A DNA stretch of 63,574 bases, the filler included, from Welwitschia mirabilis (lineage: Eukaryota), in NCBI GenBank assembly GCA_051453625.1. It is 5 parts of one record of this genome, joined end to end, with 100 filler letters (N's around TTAATTAATTAA, not from the genome) between each part and the next. Parts side by side here need not be neighbours in the genome. Positions count along the whole stretch, not along the records: positions 1 to 31,226 come from JBOZIK010000001.1; positions 31,327 to 45,330 come from JBOZIK010000001.1; 3 more parts are not named here. One strand, given 5' to 3'. Below are positions 24,050-38,600 of this stretch, piece after piece. How positions within the stretch are numbered: the stretch's first letter is position 1; each line of letters begins with the position of its first letter. The position numbers and the translations under genes are program-made. Under the pieces are notes generated by a model. The model saw only the letters and a program-made list of their open reading frames with translations. It did not search any database and had not been told where the DNA came from.

Positions 24050-25960
24050 GTTGTAGATCTTTTTTAAACCATTTCTCTAAAAAAACATAAGCATCATTAT
24101 AAACAATAACTAGTTTTGATGGCTTTTTCACAAATTTTTCATTCAAATTTTGTGTACAACCTCTTTGATCTCTTAAACCCTTTTTGATATCAAGCCTCCT
24201 TTAAAACCTTAAAAAGTTATGAAAACATAACCCTATAGTGGATTTCATAGATAGTTTTTTAAAACTTAACATGGGTTAAGCACATGATCCTTTTAGTAGA
24301 TTATATGAAGGACCTTTGGAACTCTGAGATGTCTATTAAAACCATGAAAATTCTTATAACATTGCTAATTAGTTTAATCTAAACAAACTATAGTATATTA
24401 TATGCAACTTAAGAAAAATTAAGGTGATTAACTTTAATGAGGATACAATAACCCATGCCATTTTAAACCCCTAGACCCTTCTAACACTAGGCAAATATTT
24501 GAATAATATCTTCAAAGCCTAAATTACCATTTATACATTGATCAACATCTTTATAATCATGAATGTGGATATACTTATTTTAAATAATAATAGTTTTAAC
24601 CCATCCCTCATAACTCGTATTCTTTACTACTTGATCAATCTTCTTCATTTTTTTCCCTCACCCATCTAACCAGCAATAACCTTATTCATCTACTCAACTA
24701 GAAGAATTATTAAAAAAATTCATGAAGTCCCAAGCCCAAATTAACTTTGATCATCAACTTATTACCTAATAATATTTCTCCTATAGAGTTTCTTAGAAAG
24801 TGTTGCCGAAGAAAACATTCAAAGAATTATGGAATCTTATAAGCAAATCACATTCTCCAAAAAAATATCTCTTCTTTAAACTAGACTAAACCTAACAATC
24901 ACTTTTAACTTAACCCACAAAAAAAGAAAAACCTTCCTACATTTTATAAACATAATTCTAAGAGTCTTGAAAATATTAAAAGAATTAAGGATAATAAAAT
25001 CTATGATACCTAAGCCATATTCTTTAGGAATGAATAAGAAATTAATGAGAAAACCTATGAGGATCTTAAGTTTAAAAATGCCCTAGAGAATGATCAATTA
25101 TTTGTGAAAAGGCTATACCTTGTTAGAGCATTAAACATATTAGATGATGAGAATCTTTAAAAGATAAGTAGACTTTTGAGTAAGGCTATATCTTAAAGAG
25201 TTACACAACAAAGGATGAGTCATAAAGCAATACTAATGAATAGAACACTAAATTACAACCATTTTCACTTAAGCAATCATATGAGGAGAAATCCACTTGT
25301 GGTCTTAATGAAGAAAAGAACATTAGCAAAGAGCCCACACATGATCCATCCTATGAAAAAACTTTGCCTCTTTCTCAATAGCTTTATAAGATAAATATTT
25401 CACTTTCGGAACCATTTTCTAATAATTTTCTTCCTGAATATTTACCTTTTCTAAGGGTTTTCAACTCATTTTTTTCTTCACCTCAAAATAATGTCTTACA
25501 TAGATTATTGAGAAAGTAAAAATAAGCTAAAGGATGGACTATTTCTAACTTTAAATGAATATCATTTTTTTTGCTTATACTTATTGTCTCTATAATTTTA
25601 TGGACTCATGCATAAAATTTTACATGGATTTTCTCCCAAATAAGAATGCTTTATATAATTTTAATTCATCATCCAACCTTTACATTCATCACATCTTAAG
25701 CATTCACATATGCACCACCTTGGAAAATCCCTTATAAAATTTTTAATTTAATTGCATACTTTTAGTTTAGATTTTTTTCTTTTTAAATTACATTTTTCCT
25801 TTAGGTTAGATGTAGAATGGAAAAAAATAAAAAGACTTTAAAAACACTTTTTATTAATGCCCTGTCTCACTTAAAATCATTTAAGCACCACTACTTAGAT
25901 AATCATTACCTTAAACCCTTTCATTTAGAAAACTTTAAATACCACCCTTAGAATAAACCA
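24050..25960 (+). mobile_element. Possible very old LINE remnant (ORF1/endonuclease)
   Basis: Only scattered motif traces: GPL (GPW-like) at ~24310, AAGGATGGACTATT similar to the copy-2 endonuclease at ~4030, and KPFHLENF (KPFRFENFW-like) at ~25915. Confidence 0.3.
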
Positions 25961-27303
25961 TCATTGCCCTACATCTCATCATCTATCCCTTTCACTTTAT
26001 CATTACCTAATAAAACTCATCAACCATCCTTCCATCTCCTTTATTTATAAATTCCTAAGACTTAATGACCCTAGCTAATGGTCCTTGATAAATAAGTTAT
26101 TAATAATTTATTACTTTATCAGTACAAGTTAGGTAGAATTTAAGTGTACTTGTATTTTTTAAGAAAAGATGTTACTTATGTTTTAGTTAACTTGTTAATT
26201 TTGTTTTTCTTAAGGTCCCTAAATTTGAAAAATATGAATCTACTTTTATATTATCTTTCATGTTTTTAAGACTTTTGATGGGAATAAGATTTTTCTTGAT
26301 TAAGATCATGAGCCAGTGACCTCTTTCATGTGCATAAATAATATTTCATATGAGATGTATAAATCAAAAGAAAATAAAACATCTCTTCTCTAAAAGCATA
26401 TCACATTTTAAAAAATTAAAATTAAATTTAGCTAACTACATCAAGGATATGGATACTTACTAATAATGTAGATCTAATAATTTATTTATAACATATGCAA
26501 TTGCATCAAGGATATAAACACTCAATGGTAATGCAACACTAACTTCTTCATAAAATAACATGCTTAGTTTTGTCATAAGAAGATGTTACAAAACTGGATG
26601 CTCAGTTTAATTCAAATGCTTGAAGCAATGAATATGTGTGATTGTAGAAAAGGTAAAAATTGAAAATAGAAAGTGGGATTTCAAGATACTTATGTGTTTA
26701 ATTTCTTTCACTTATGTACTTGACAATTAGCTTATTAATTTTTATATTTTTACAAGATTATTTAGAGGATATCTTATTTGTGTAAAATTGTAATCCATTT
26801 AAAAATAAAATTTAGAAAAATTTCAATAATATGGTCATTATCCTAAGCATTTTTGTCTTTGACATTCATAAGTGTTTAGATTAAATTTTAATTTCCATTG
26901 TTATGCATTATAAATAAAAGCTCTAGTCTTAATGATTTTTTACATGTAGTGAAAATTTACATTTCATTCTTATTTTGTTCATTCCATTTACCATCAAATT
27001 TATCTTGTATCATTAAACTCTATTTTTTTAGCTAATAAAACACTTCATAAACTTTCACTCTTACATTTCCAAAATAACTAGAACCATCACTAGTCCTTAC
27101 CTACACCTCATCCATTTTTCAAGTTTTACATTCATAGTTTTCTCTAACATAACCCATCACATCTATATTCTTTTTCAATTTTCTACTCCTTATAAAATTT
27201 TCTAGAAACTGACTATAATCCATTTCTAACTAGCACATTTTACCTTCATCTTTTCATTTTTAGCCCCATTCTCCTCGCCTTCAATGAACTGAATATAACC
27301 TAG

Positions 27304-30300
27304 TATTATTCTTCCACAATAATATATGTGATAATTTAATCAGAGAAAATATGATAACTCAACTTCCAGTGAAACTCAAATAAACTAAAAAATTAGAAAG
27401 TTAAGAAGACGGTGATATTTTCTTGGTAACATAAGGGAATGAAGTGCCTCAAAGGTCTAATTAATTCACATAACACTTCACCTTCACTCTAATGATTCTT
27501 GTATCTTGCAATAAAACTAAAATTATCGAGTTGTTAAGACTCAGCGTGGAGGCATGTTGCAGTGCGCAATTTTGCAATCCTTTACATCTTACTGAATCCT
27601 ATTAATCACAAATAGATGCATTACAAAATACGATACACTAGTATGAATGGAAGTAATCCAAATATGATAAACCTGTTGAAAGTGCGTAAGAGAAGAAGGA
27701 GGATTGTTTTTCAAGAGAAAATGTCGTATCCTGATTTAAGAAGAATGTAAGAAAATAAATATGTGAGGTAATGAAAATGTAATGTAACATAGATGAATAA
27801 CTATTCGATCACTAAATTGACTTGTCTGGAAGATTGGCCCTATATAACTTAGATTAGCCAAGGAGACTGTCAATAACCAAGATCAACTTTGGCTATCAAG
27901 TGAGTTGAATAAATGTAATGCAAAATGCTTCTAAACTACTATTGTTAACCTTAATAAAGGTTACTCTTAAGACCTATATTATTAATAAGATTGTCACTAA
28001 ATTAAGAATAACATAAACCATAAGGGATATTAATAGTATAAATGCACAAAGAAGGCAAAGTTTGTATTAACAATCGAACTAGCATTTGGGTTACAAAATA
28101 GCTACACTTAATAGAGGATACACAGCCTAACACCAAGGAAACATCTTTCTGCAACTTATAAGATGGATCTTCTACCTTCAATCTCTTGTTACGAGAATTT
28201 CTAGTGAAAATGAAGATGATAAGAAGATCGAGGGGTTTATTTATACAATACAAAAGGCAAAATTATCATACAAAATGCACTAAAAAACATGCTTGAATGC
28301 AAGAAAGTAATGGATGAAATAGATAAAGGTTGGCTAGCCATTTTAAGTGTTATTTTGACTGTCATGGAAATAACCAAGGGGATGATGATACATGTGTTAT
28401 CATTAGTTATTCTACATGTCGTGGGGATGACATGAAGATGACAACCCTTTAGAAAAGATGACTTCAGTGGTACTGGCTCTAATCCACATCAGCATTCCCA
28501 TGTGGCTTGTGTAAGGTTGTCATCCTATCTATCATGGGAATGCCAATGGGGATGATAGTCTTATTTATCTTTCTAACTGAAGAGAAGATAGCCTCAAATA
28601 TTATTGATCTTCCTCTAAAGTATTGAGCATCATAATAGGCATGAAAATGCCTCTAAACATGCTAAGAATTGCATGTTTCTGTGATCATCCATTAACTCTT
28701 TATAATCCTTATAATTACATCTAAACCTATATAAATGTCCTACAAAATAGCTCATAATACTCTATCAAATACATATAATTTGGTAGTGCATTATAGTCCT
28801 CACTTAGCCTTTATCAGTCCTTGACAAAACTAGGCAAACAACTATAATGCAAACCAAATTGTTTTAAAAAAATCAATTTGAAAATTATAAAACAACCTCA
28901 TAAATATTCTCAAACATATTTTATAGCAAAATAGCATGTAACACATCATGTGTATAGTGTGAAAATTGCAAAAATTATATCTCATGAAAGATTTAAAATA
29001 ATTCAAAAAATTATGAAAATGAGTCCTGAAAATGAATCCTACTCTTCCCTGAGAAAAATGATACTCTTATATTGGCTAATAAAGCAGAGAAATCAGATGA
29101 AATCAATATGTCTAAATGAGAAGATGGATGGTGGGTGGTTTTGAATTTTAACATTTGAAAAATTTAGTGCAAAGTTAAGTGTAGAAATATCAAATTTAAA
29201 AAATAGAGATGTAGGAAATATTTAGACAAACATGAAAAGAGTGATGAAAATGTGCTAATTAGGATGAAGCAAATCCATGAGTGCCTGACAAATGTGCCTT
29301 TAAGAAAATGATTAAGAATAGTATTTATAACTTCAAAAGACTAAAAATAAACATCACAAAATTTGTAAGGAAACTTATCTAAGTAAGAAATTAACTCTTT
29401 ATTGAAAACTAAGTAAGGAAATCATTAAATGTTAAGGTTCTAAAATGATAAGAAAATATAAAAATGACTTTAAAATAACTAACTAAACAATGAAAGACAA
29501 CAGAGATAATGGACATAAGATAACATAAAGAAGATAGCCTTCCTACCCAAATTTTAACCTAGTAGACTCCCATAGAAGAACTTATAACATCAGTTAATTT
29601 AAAAGCATGACTAAATGTATAAATTTGTGAAATTCCATTCAATAAGGTAGTGGTTATGATGATGCTAAAAATCAAATGCTTGAAACAATGAGTGAAAAGA
29701 TTGAGGAGTNNNNNNNNNNNNNNNNNNNNNNNNNNNNNNNNNNNNNNNNNNNNNNNNNNNNNNNNNNNNNNNNNNNNNNNNNNNNNNNNNNNNNNNNNNN
29801 NNNNNNNNNAATCCATTCGATAAGGCAGTGGTTATGATGATGCTAAAAATCAAATGCTTGAAACAATAAGTGATAAGATCAAAGAGCTGTTTAGAAATAA
29901 ACTCACCTACTTACATCTCAAAATAAACACTTAAATCCTTAGAAATGAAATGATCATGTGGAAATACTATGAGTTTAAAAAATAAGGAATGTCTCTTATG
30001 ACACCAAGAACACCACTAATCTCGTAAGCCTAAAGTTTTTATAATTATACCGTCTATGATAAGGGAAGTGCAACCACAGTTAGAGGAGTAAGGATTTGTG
30101 AACCATGGTTACATGACCTCCCTATAAAATTTCCATCTATACCATATTATACTACCAATAGCTCCTCATGGGAAAATTTGCCCTAGTGTACGTGCAGTAA
30201 TATATATGATAATTTAATCAGAGGAAATATGATTAACTCAACTTTCAGTGAAACTCAAATAAACTAAAAAATTAGAAAGTTAAGAAGAAGGTGATATTTT

Positions 30301-31226
30301 CTTGGTAACACAAGGGAATGAAGTGCCTCAAAGGTCTAATTAATTCACATAATAACTCACCTTCACTCTAATGATTCTTGTATCTTGAAATAAAACTAAA
30401 ATTATCAATTTGTTAAGACTCGGCATGGAGGCATGTTGCAGTGCATAATTTTGCAATCCTTTACATCTTACTGAATCCTATTAATCACAAATAGATGTAT
30501 TGCAAAATATGATACACTAGTACGAATGGAAGTAATTCAAATATCATAAACCTATTGAAGGTATGTAAGAGAAGAAGGAGGATTGTTTTTCAAGAGAAAA
30601 TGTCGTATCCTGACTTAAGAATAATGCAAGAAAATAAATATGCAAAGTAACAAAAATGTAATGTAACATAGATGAACAACTATTCAATCACTGAATTGAC
30701 TTGTCAAGAAGATTGGCCCTATATAACTTAGATTAGCTAGGAAAACTGTCAATAACCAAGATAAATTTTGGCTATCAAGTGAGTTGAATAAATGTAATGC
30801 AAAATGCTTCTAAACTACTATTGTTAACCTTAACAAAGGTTACTCTTAAGACCTATATTATTAATAAGATTATCACTAAATCAAGAGTAACATAAACCAT
30901 AAGGAATATTAATAGTATAAATGCACAAAGAAGGCATAGTTTGTATTAATAATCGAACCAGCATTTGTGATACAAAATAGCTACACTTAATGGAGGATAC
31001 ACAGCCTAACACCAAGAAAACATCTTTCTACAACTTATAAGATGGATTTCCTACCTTCGATCTCTTGTTATAAGAATTTCTAGTGCAAATGAAGATGATA
31101 AGAAGATCGAGGGGGTTTATTTATACAATACAAAAGGCAAAATTATCACACAAAATGCACTAAAAAACATGCTCAAATTCAAGAAAGTAATGGATGAAAT
31201 AGATAAAGGTCAGCTAGCCATTTTAA
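27304..31226 (-). mobile_element. Non-autonomous LTR retroelement (Gypsy-derived, LARD/large-TRIM-like): ~1.5 kb LTRs and ~1.35 kb non-coding interior
   Basis: Highly similar direct repeat 27317-28346 vs 30195-31226, the second cut by the scaffold end. Shared start TATTAT(T/A)CT(T/A)CCA at 27304 and 30145. PBS-like ...TATACCA at 30130-30144. PPT-like TAGTCCTCACTTAG after 28793. No TE protein motifs found inside. Confidence 0.7.
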
Positions 31227-31326
31227 NNNNNNNNNNNNNNNNNNNNNNNNNNNNNNNNNNNNNNNNNNNNTTAATTAATTAANNNNNNNNNNNNNNNNNN
31301 NNNNNNNNNNNNNNNNNNNNNNNNNN
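31227..31326. other. Artificial scaffold-join spacer
   Basis: 44 N + TTAATTAATTAA + 44 N = 100 nt, with stops in all six frames. The same spacer recurs at 45331-45430, 52780-52879 and 61714-61813. Confidence 0.95.
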
Positions 31327-32531
31327 TAGAAATATTTCATTCATAACAATATATTTGTAGTTTGTGTGATAGAATGTGATGTTTGACATACTAAGGTACA
31401 ATCATGAACATGAGCGTCATATTGATCTTGAATTTCCTCCATATTTGATTGGACCATCTATCCCTTGGATGGTTGTTCGTTTTACTTCATGACACAAGTG
31501 TGACACTTAAGCCTTTATATTTTCTATAGGAAGTGTGGAAAAAAACATTGGAAGGTATTTGACCTTGTGTCATATGCTCATTTTATCTTTTCACATATTT
31601 GGGTAATGGACTTCAAAAGGTTCTTAATATGAAGAAAGCTCTAGATTTCTTCGAATAAGTGTGAAGAAGGCTTTAAAAGGTCCAAGGGACTTCATGTCTT
31701 CTCTCCTCTCATATTTTATTTTGGACTTTAAGTTTCTGAGTTGGAAAGCATAAATATGGAAGGAAGTGATAGAAAAATATTTGACCAAGGCTCATGGAGG
31801 TATCCCTTGCACAGGTGGTGTTGGTTAAGTAACCAAAAAGTGTTGGCATGTTGCGGATAGAAAAGTGTGACAAAGTAGCATGTGAACTTAGTACAGGAGT
31901 TGATGCCATCGGTTATTCATGTTCTAGGGGGTCAAAAGCACTACATGGAGCATAATTGAGTTGAAGACTACTTCTCGATGAAAGGTGGGTCATCAATAGT
32001 ATTGGTGTGATTTATTGGATGTGAAGCCAAATCTATGTTTAATCACACTCTTGCGCCGTTAGGTTGATCTTTATGTTCTATTTTGNNNNNNNNNNNNNNN
32101 NNNNNNNNNNNNNNNNNNNNNNNNNNNNNNNNNNNNNNNNNNNNNNNNNNNNNNNNNNNCATGTTTTGCAATGTGTTTCTTTCAACGAGGTCAATTTAAA
32201 GTACATTGGAATTTGTTTGTTTTTAGGATTTCCTTTGTTCTCTTCATATAAGGGAAATCGGGTTCTATTCTCTCAAAAAGGCCATTCTTGCTTTGTGATT
32301 CTAATTTCTGTTGGTTGAGAAGAATACAAGCTTTGCACTACTTTCTTGTGGATTTGGGTGAGAGAGATGCCAAACCATGCAAATTCTTGTGTGTTGCTTA
32401 TTTGTGTTTCCTGTTTTTATTTTTCTTCAATTTTCATTTGCTACTACATTGATCAAATTGATAATTTACAAACAATATCAATATAGAGCTTGATATTGGT
32501 GTAGTGGACCTTGTTTTACCTCCATCTCACA
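31327..32531 (+). mobile_element. Probable LTR retrotransposon LTR fragment
   Basis: Non-coding, with an LTR-U5-like tract (GGATTTGGGTGAGAGAGATGCCAAACCATGCAAATTCTTGTGTG). No partner LTR and no PBS seen. Confidence 0.3.
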
Positions 32532-32839
32532 TTTTTACTGATTTTTCCAGTACGCCTTCGAGCAGCTAAAGACAGTACGTTACTTCAATATTCACTTTCC
32601 ACCATAGCCCAATAAACATTTTTTATTGCATTAGCGACCTTAGGACTGAGGATGTTAATGTATGCTAACTACAAAGATTTCCTTGGTAGTCTTATATTAT
32701 CCTATGGATGTAGAAAGGTGTGATCACATCATCATTTTTGCAATACTTTATGCCTTATTCAAGCTAAGATTATCAAACATTCCAGAATTGTGAACTGATT
32801 TTTGAATTTATTAGATATTTTGACATGTGTAGTTCAAAT

Positions 32840-33167
32840 TTTGATATTCGGTTAGGTCAATTAAAGGAAGTGCATTTTATATGACCGAGAATTTTAGTTA
32901 ACTTGTGGGCCATAACTCCAACATTTGTGAGCTCCTCCTCTTTGGACCAATTAAAATCGATTCTTTCTTAGTATATAACAAGCTCTCAATTTGGAGTGCA
33001 TCAAACTCATTTCCTATTGATTGAAGAAGATCTGGGAACAGTTCAACATTTGATATCCAATATTAGTTACTAATGCAAGATTTTGTTGAAATCTCTCAAG
33101 GAAATGTCCAATGGGTGCATGTGGGATATTGAAGTTGTTAGTTGTATGGTATGTTTTGTCTTTTTCC
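32840..33167 (+). repeat. Left part of the bystin segmental duplication, split off by the hAT insertion
   Basis: Reverse-complement match to ~49373-49670. In that copy the sequence runs on uninterrupted into the equivalent of 41310 onward. Confidence 0.85.
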
Positions 33168-35695
33168 CAGTGAGTAAATAGTTGGCAAAAGTAAAAGGTC
33201 AACAATCTCAAAAAAAGAGTTGGGTTGTTGAGTCAGATAGTAGTTGGCATAAAAAAAAGTCGGCTAAAAAAGTTTGCATTAAAAAAGCATTAAAAGAATT
33301 CATTTTTTTGGCCCTTACTTTCTCTTTCCTACCTTGACTTTTTTATCCTTTTTTTAAATATTTTTTGATAAAATAAAAAAATATTTTTAAAAATAGGTTA
33401 AAAACGATTTATCAAAAAAGGTTCAGTAACACTCACAACACCTAAAACATTTGGGATTATTAATACCTATACAACATGATTAGATAAATCGTTTTACTTG
33501 CTTTACTTGCTGTCTTTAAGACATTGGCAAGTGAATTACGATGGGTTTCAACTAGTGCGAAACCTTCTAACACCTATAGTTTGTCTATTGCATGATCTTC
33601 ATTCGCAAGTCGCAACAACTCTACACTAACCTTGCTTTTGATGTGGCATTTTTAGCTTTGACATCTTATTGAAGGTGTCTTCAGCATGGTCTCATCACAG
33701 TTCTTTAACATGAAATATCCTTGTAGATTACAGTCACATCATTGCTCCTTGTTTTTTAGTGACCAGTGTAAAGTTCTGGTAGGATGGCTGCATAGTTTGT
33801 CACCATTAAAACAAAGGCTGCCTCTTCATTCATGTTGCCACATCACCATGCGCAAATCCATGCACAAATACGCTAACTCGCGAGCTGTAGTGCTAACATC
33901 ACCACCTTCTTTGCAAGCTAGTGCTTCTCTACAAAACAACTCATCCTTTTTTGTGTCCCCCATGTTTCTTTTGATCTAGCGCTTCTAGCAAAGTAATATT
34001 TCATTAAAAGTGTTGCGCTCTTAATGCCTTGACTACTCTCATCATCATGTTTCTTGTTGCTCATTACATTTCCCACTGCCATAACCATTGCAAACTCTTA
34101 CATTTATCACCAGACTGCATTCTGAATCTACATCACAGTAAAAGCACAAGCTAAATACCACTCTCCTTGGTTTGCATCAAGAAGAAGCTAGGCCATCTAC
34201 ATTGCAAGTGGCCTAAGTTTCCAAACATGTCACCAATCTCCTTGTCCAAGCACACTGTGCAAGTCAAAGCATGCAGATCAACACCGTCATTCCTATCACT
34301 AGCTGCTTACATAATAGAATTTACCTTTTGCTTTTGCTCTTATGGACCATGACTTCTTACTCCTTGTGGCACAGTTTATTACCAATATAGACAATTGCTA
34401 TTTTCCGTCACATTTCTCTTACCCTACAAAACAAGTGAAACGATTTATCGAAGAAGGTTTAATAATGTTGAATGCTAAAGGTTTATAATGCTGAAGGTTC
34501 AAAAACACGGAACTGCACTGAAGTTTGTTTTTAAGTAAAGTGGCATTGAAGTCTATTTTTAAACAAAGTTATGCACCTATCACGCGCACAATGATGAAAA
34601 TGTCGGCAATTAGTTTATGTTGGTGGCCTGAAAAAGTCATGTTGGGGAGACATGTCGCCATGTCGATGCAAAATGTCAGTAGTTGTTTTTATTTAAANNN
34701 NNNNNNNNNNNNNNNNNNNNNNNNNNNNNNNNNNNNNNNNNNNNNNNNNNNNNNNNNNNNNNNNNNNNNNNNNNNNNNNNNNNNNNNNNNNNNNNNNTGT
34801 CTCCATGTCGATGCAAAATGTCAGTATTTGTTTTTATTTAAAAATTAAGGGAAATTTGTTATTTACAAGATTTAAAAGCAACATATAGCTAAAAAAGCTA
34901 AAAATAAGCAATTCGAATATTCATTTTATGTGCATAGATAGCTAGCAACCAATTCTCACATAGTCACATGGAGAGCTAAAGCTCTGAAAGCATTAAAAAT
35001 TACAATAAACATTATTCATTTCCTTCATTGCATAATAATGTGTAGTATNNNNNNNNNNNNNNNNNNNNNNNNNNNNNNNNNNNNNNNNNNNNNNNNNNNN
35101 NNNNNNNNNNNNNNNNNNNNNNNNNNNNNNNNNNNNNNNNNNNNNNNNNNNNNNNNNNNNNNNNNNNNNNNNNNNNNNNNNNNNNNNNNNNNNNNNNNNN
35201 NNNNNNNNNNNNNNNNNNNNNNNNNNNNNNNNNNNNNNNNNNNNNNNNNNNNNNNNNNNNNNNNNNNNNNNNNNNNNNNNNNNNNNNNNNNNNNNNNNNN
35301 NNNNNNNNNNNNNNNNNNNNNNNNNNNNNNNNNNNNNNNNNNNNNNNNNNNNNNNNNNNNNNNNNNNNNNNNNNNNNNNNNNNNNNNNNNNNNNNNNNNN
35401 NNNNNNNNNNNNNNNNNNNNNNNNNNNNNNNNNNNNNNNNNNNNNNNNNNNNNNNNNNNNNNNNNNNNNNNNNNNNNNNNNNNNNNNNNNNNNNNNTTGA
35501 AAGCATTAAAATTTAAAAAGTATAATAAACATTATTCAATTAATTCATTACACAATAATGTACAATACTGAATTACTTAAAACAACATATAAGTTTATAA
35601 CAAATAGACCATCAAGTGTCATTACAAAATACAAACTATAAGTCGGCAACGTGTTCACTCCATCATTTTGTGCCACTACTAAATGCATCACCCAT

Positions 35696-38600
35696 TTATC
35701 TTGTAGATTTTAGCTTTTTTCTGTATTTTTGTGTCTCTCTTAGTGCTTCAGGAGTCTCTTCCCTTATAGTAGCAAATTGTTGTGCTTCCTGTTCAAGTCG
35801 TAAAAGCTCCTCCTCAGTGAATAAATCATCATGGTTAGGGGTAATCTCTACACCCTTATCCATCTCCTCTTCCTCCTCTGCACTGTAATCATCATCAGAA
35901 GAAGAATCATCATTAATATCCATGTCCTCATAGCCAACATATAAGGGTTTAGAAGAGTGGTGTCATGGACGAGATGTCGTAGTCTGAACTGGAGGTGCAT
36001 CAAGAAGAGGCAAAGTAGGACGATCTTCCTCTGGAGGAAATTCTGCTTCCTCTGCTTGCTCCTATGCATGTGCATGAGAAGTAGAAGCTCCATCAGTCAT
36101 AGGTGCATGTACATGTGCATATGGATCATCATCAACAGTGGCAAGAATCCAATCATAAAGAGGCTTAGAAGCATGAACATTTTTAAAGTCCACATCCTAA
36201 TGCTCATGTCATTAATAGCATCAGTAGCCCTTAAGACATCTTTGTGTATTAACTTTAGATTGTAATGCACAAATACTAGATCATTTAATCTTTCTGTAGT
36301 GAGCCTATTATGTTTGTTAGAGTGAATGTGTTCAAATACACTCCAATTCCTTGCACATCCTACATCAACATGGAAACGACAATAATTAAGGACAAATTAA
36401 ATAAGGGCAACATGTATAAAAAAGCACTTAAAATATTAGAGTTAGACTAAACTCACCAGATGCACTGCAAGGTTTGGTTAATATTATAATGGCTAGTTGT
36501 TGTAAATTTGACATTTCTATTCCAAAAACCAAGCCACCAATCATCTAGAAGTACACCATAGTCTACAACCAAAGTAAAATTAATAAATGATAGAGAAGAA
36601 TACTATAAGAACACAACTAAAGTCAAAAACTACTAACTTGTAAGTTCTAAGCACAAGTACAATATGTTGACACTTAATAGTAAACTATAAAGTGTATTTG
36701 GTGTGTATTCATTAACTCCTAATTCACTTGAGGCCATCATGAATGTTGGGCAATCTCTCTTTCTATATCTATTTAGCTCATTGNNNNNNNNNNNNNNNNN
36801 NNNNNNNNNNNNNNNNNNNNNNNNNNNNNNNNNNNNNNNNNNNNNNNNNNNNNNNNNNNNNNNNNNNNNNNNNNNNNNNNNNNNNNNNNNNNNNNNNNNN
36901 NNNNNNNNNNNNNNNNNNNNNNNNNNNNNNNNNNNNNNNNNNNNNNNNNNNNNNNNNNNNNNNNNNNNNNNNNNNNNNNNNNNNNNNNNNNNNNNNNNNN
37001 NNNNNNNNNNNNNNNNNNNNNNNNNNNNNNNNNNNNNNNNNNNNNNNNNNNNNNNNNNNNNNNNNNNNNNNNNNNNNNNNNNNNNNNNNNNNNNNNNNNN
37101 NNNNNNNNNNNNNNNNNNNNNNNNNNNNNNNNNNNNNNNNNNNNNNNNNNNNNNNNNNNNNNNNNNNNNNNNNNNNNNNNNNNNNNNNNNNNNNNNNNNN
37201 NNNNNNNNNNNNNNNNNNNNNNNNNNNNNNNNNNNNNNNNNNNNNNNNNNNNNNNNNNNNNNNNNNNNNNNNNNNNNNNNNNNNNNNNNNNNNNNNNNNN
37301 NNNNNNNNNNNNNNNNNNNNNNNNNNNNNNNNNNNNNNNNNNNNNNNNNNNNNNNNNNNNNNNNNNNNNNNNNNNNNNNNNNNNNNNNNNNNNNNNNNNN
37401 NNNNNNNNNNNNNNNNNNNNNNNNNNNNNNNATGCAGTCCCCATGCCCAGCCCGACAAGTGAGTAAATGTAATGGATTCCAGTTTACCAAATTCCACTAA
37501 TAGTCATGGCTTTTGGTGTGATGTAAAGGGCCCAACAATTAGTATCAGAGCCAAGGTTATTGGCAGGTCTCAGGTTCGAGTCTCCTTGGTGGCTTTCCGG
37601 TTCATGTGAGCACTTGGCATGTGGATAGAGGGGGAGATTGTTGCGTATGCGGTCCCCATGCCCAGCCCGACAAGTGAGTAAATGTAATGGGTTCTAGTTT
37701 ACCAAANNNNNNNNNNNNNNNNNNNNNNNNNNNNNNNNNNNNNNNNNNNNNNNNNNNNNNNNNNNNNNNNNNNNNNNNNNNNNNNNNNNNNNNNNNNNNN
37801 NNNNNNNNNNNNNNGGTCTCTCACTATCTACGATGTGCGATACGTTGAAAAAAATTGCGTCAACTTACTTATGTTAATTGTAAACAAGAAAAATTGAAAA
37901 GTACAACGTTGGAAATTGGTATTACTTACAAGTATAATATTCTCCACACTAAACCAAAAATGTGTTTCATAAAGAATGGTTCTTTTGGAAGCCTTGGCTA
38001 AATGAGGTCGCCTTGTCCTGTGGAACTGGTTAGAATCCCTCCATTCTTCACTAACGAGCATGTTCATCAAAGGACTTTTCCTTTTGGATCAGGAATCCAA
38101 TGGAATAAAATTAGTGGCAAACCTTGTTATACAAAGTTTAATGATTTCATTGCCTTTTGAAAATCGCAAGAAGAAATNNNNNNNNNNNNNNNNNNNNNNN
38201 NNNNNNNNNNNNNNNNNNNNNNNNNNNNNNNNNNNNNNNNNNNNNNNNNNNNNNNNNNNNNNNNNNNNNNNNNNNNNNNNNNNNNNNNNNNNNNNNNNNN
38301 NNNNNNNNNNNNNNNNNNNNNNNNNNNNNNNNNNNNNNNNNNNNNNNNNNNNNNNNNNNNNNNNNNNNNNNNNNNNNNNNNNNNNNNNNNNNNNNNNNNN
38401 NNNNNNNNNNNNNNNNNNNNNNNNNNNNNNNNNNNNNNNNNNNNNNNNNNNNNNNNNNNNNNNNNNNNNNNNNNNNNNNNNNNNNNNNNNNNNNNNNNNN
38501 NNNNNNNNNNNNNNNNNNNNNNNNNNNNNNNNNNNNNNNNNNNNNNNNNNNNNNNNNNNNNNNNNNNNNNNNNNNNNNNNNNNNNNNNNNNNNNNNNNNN

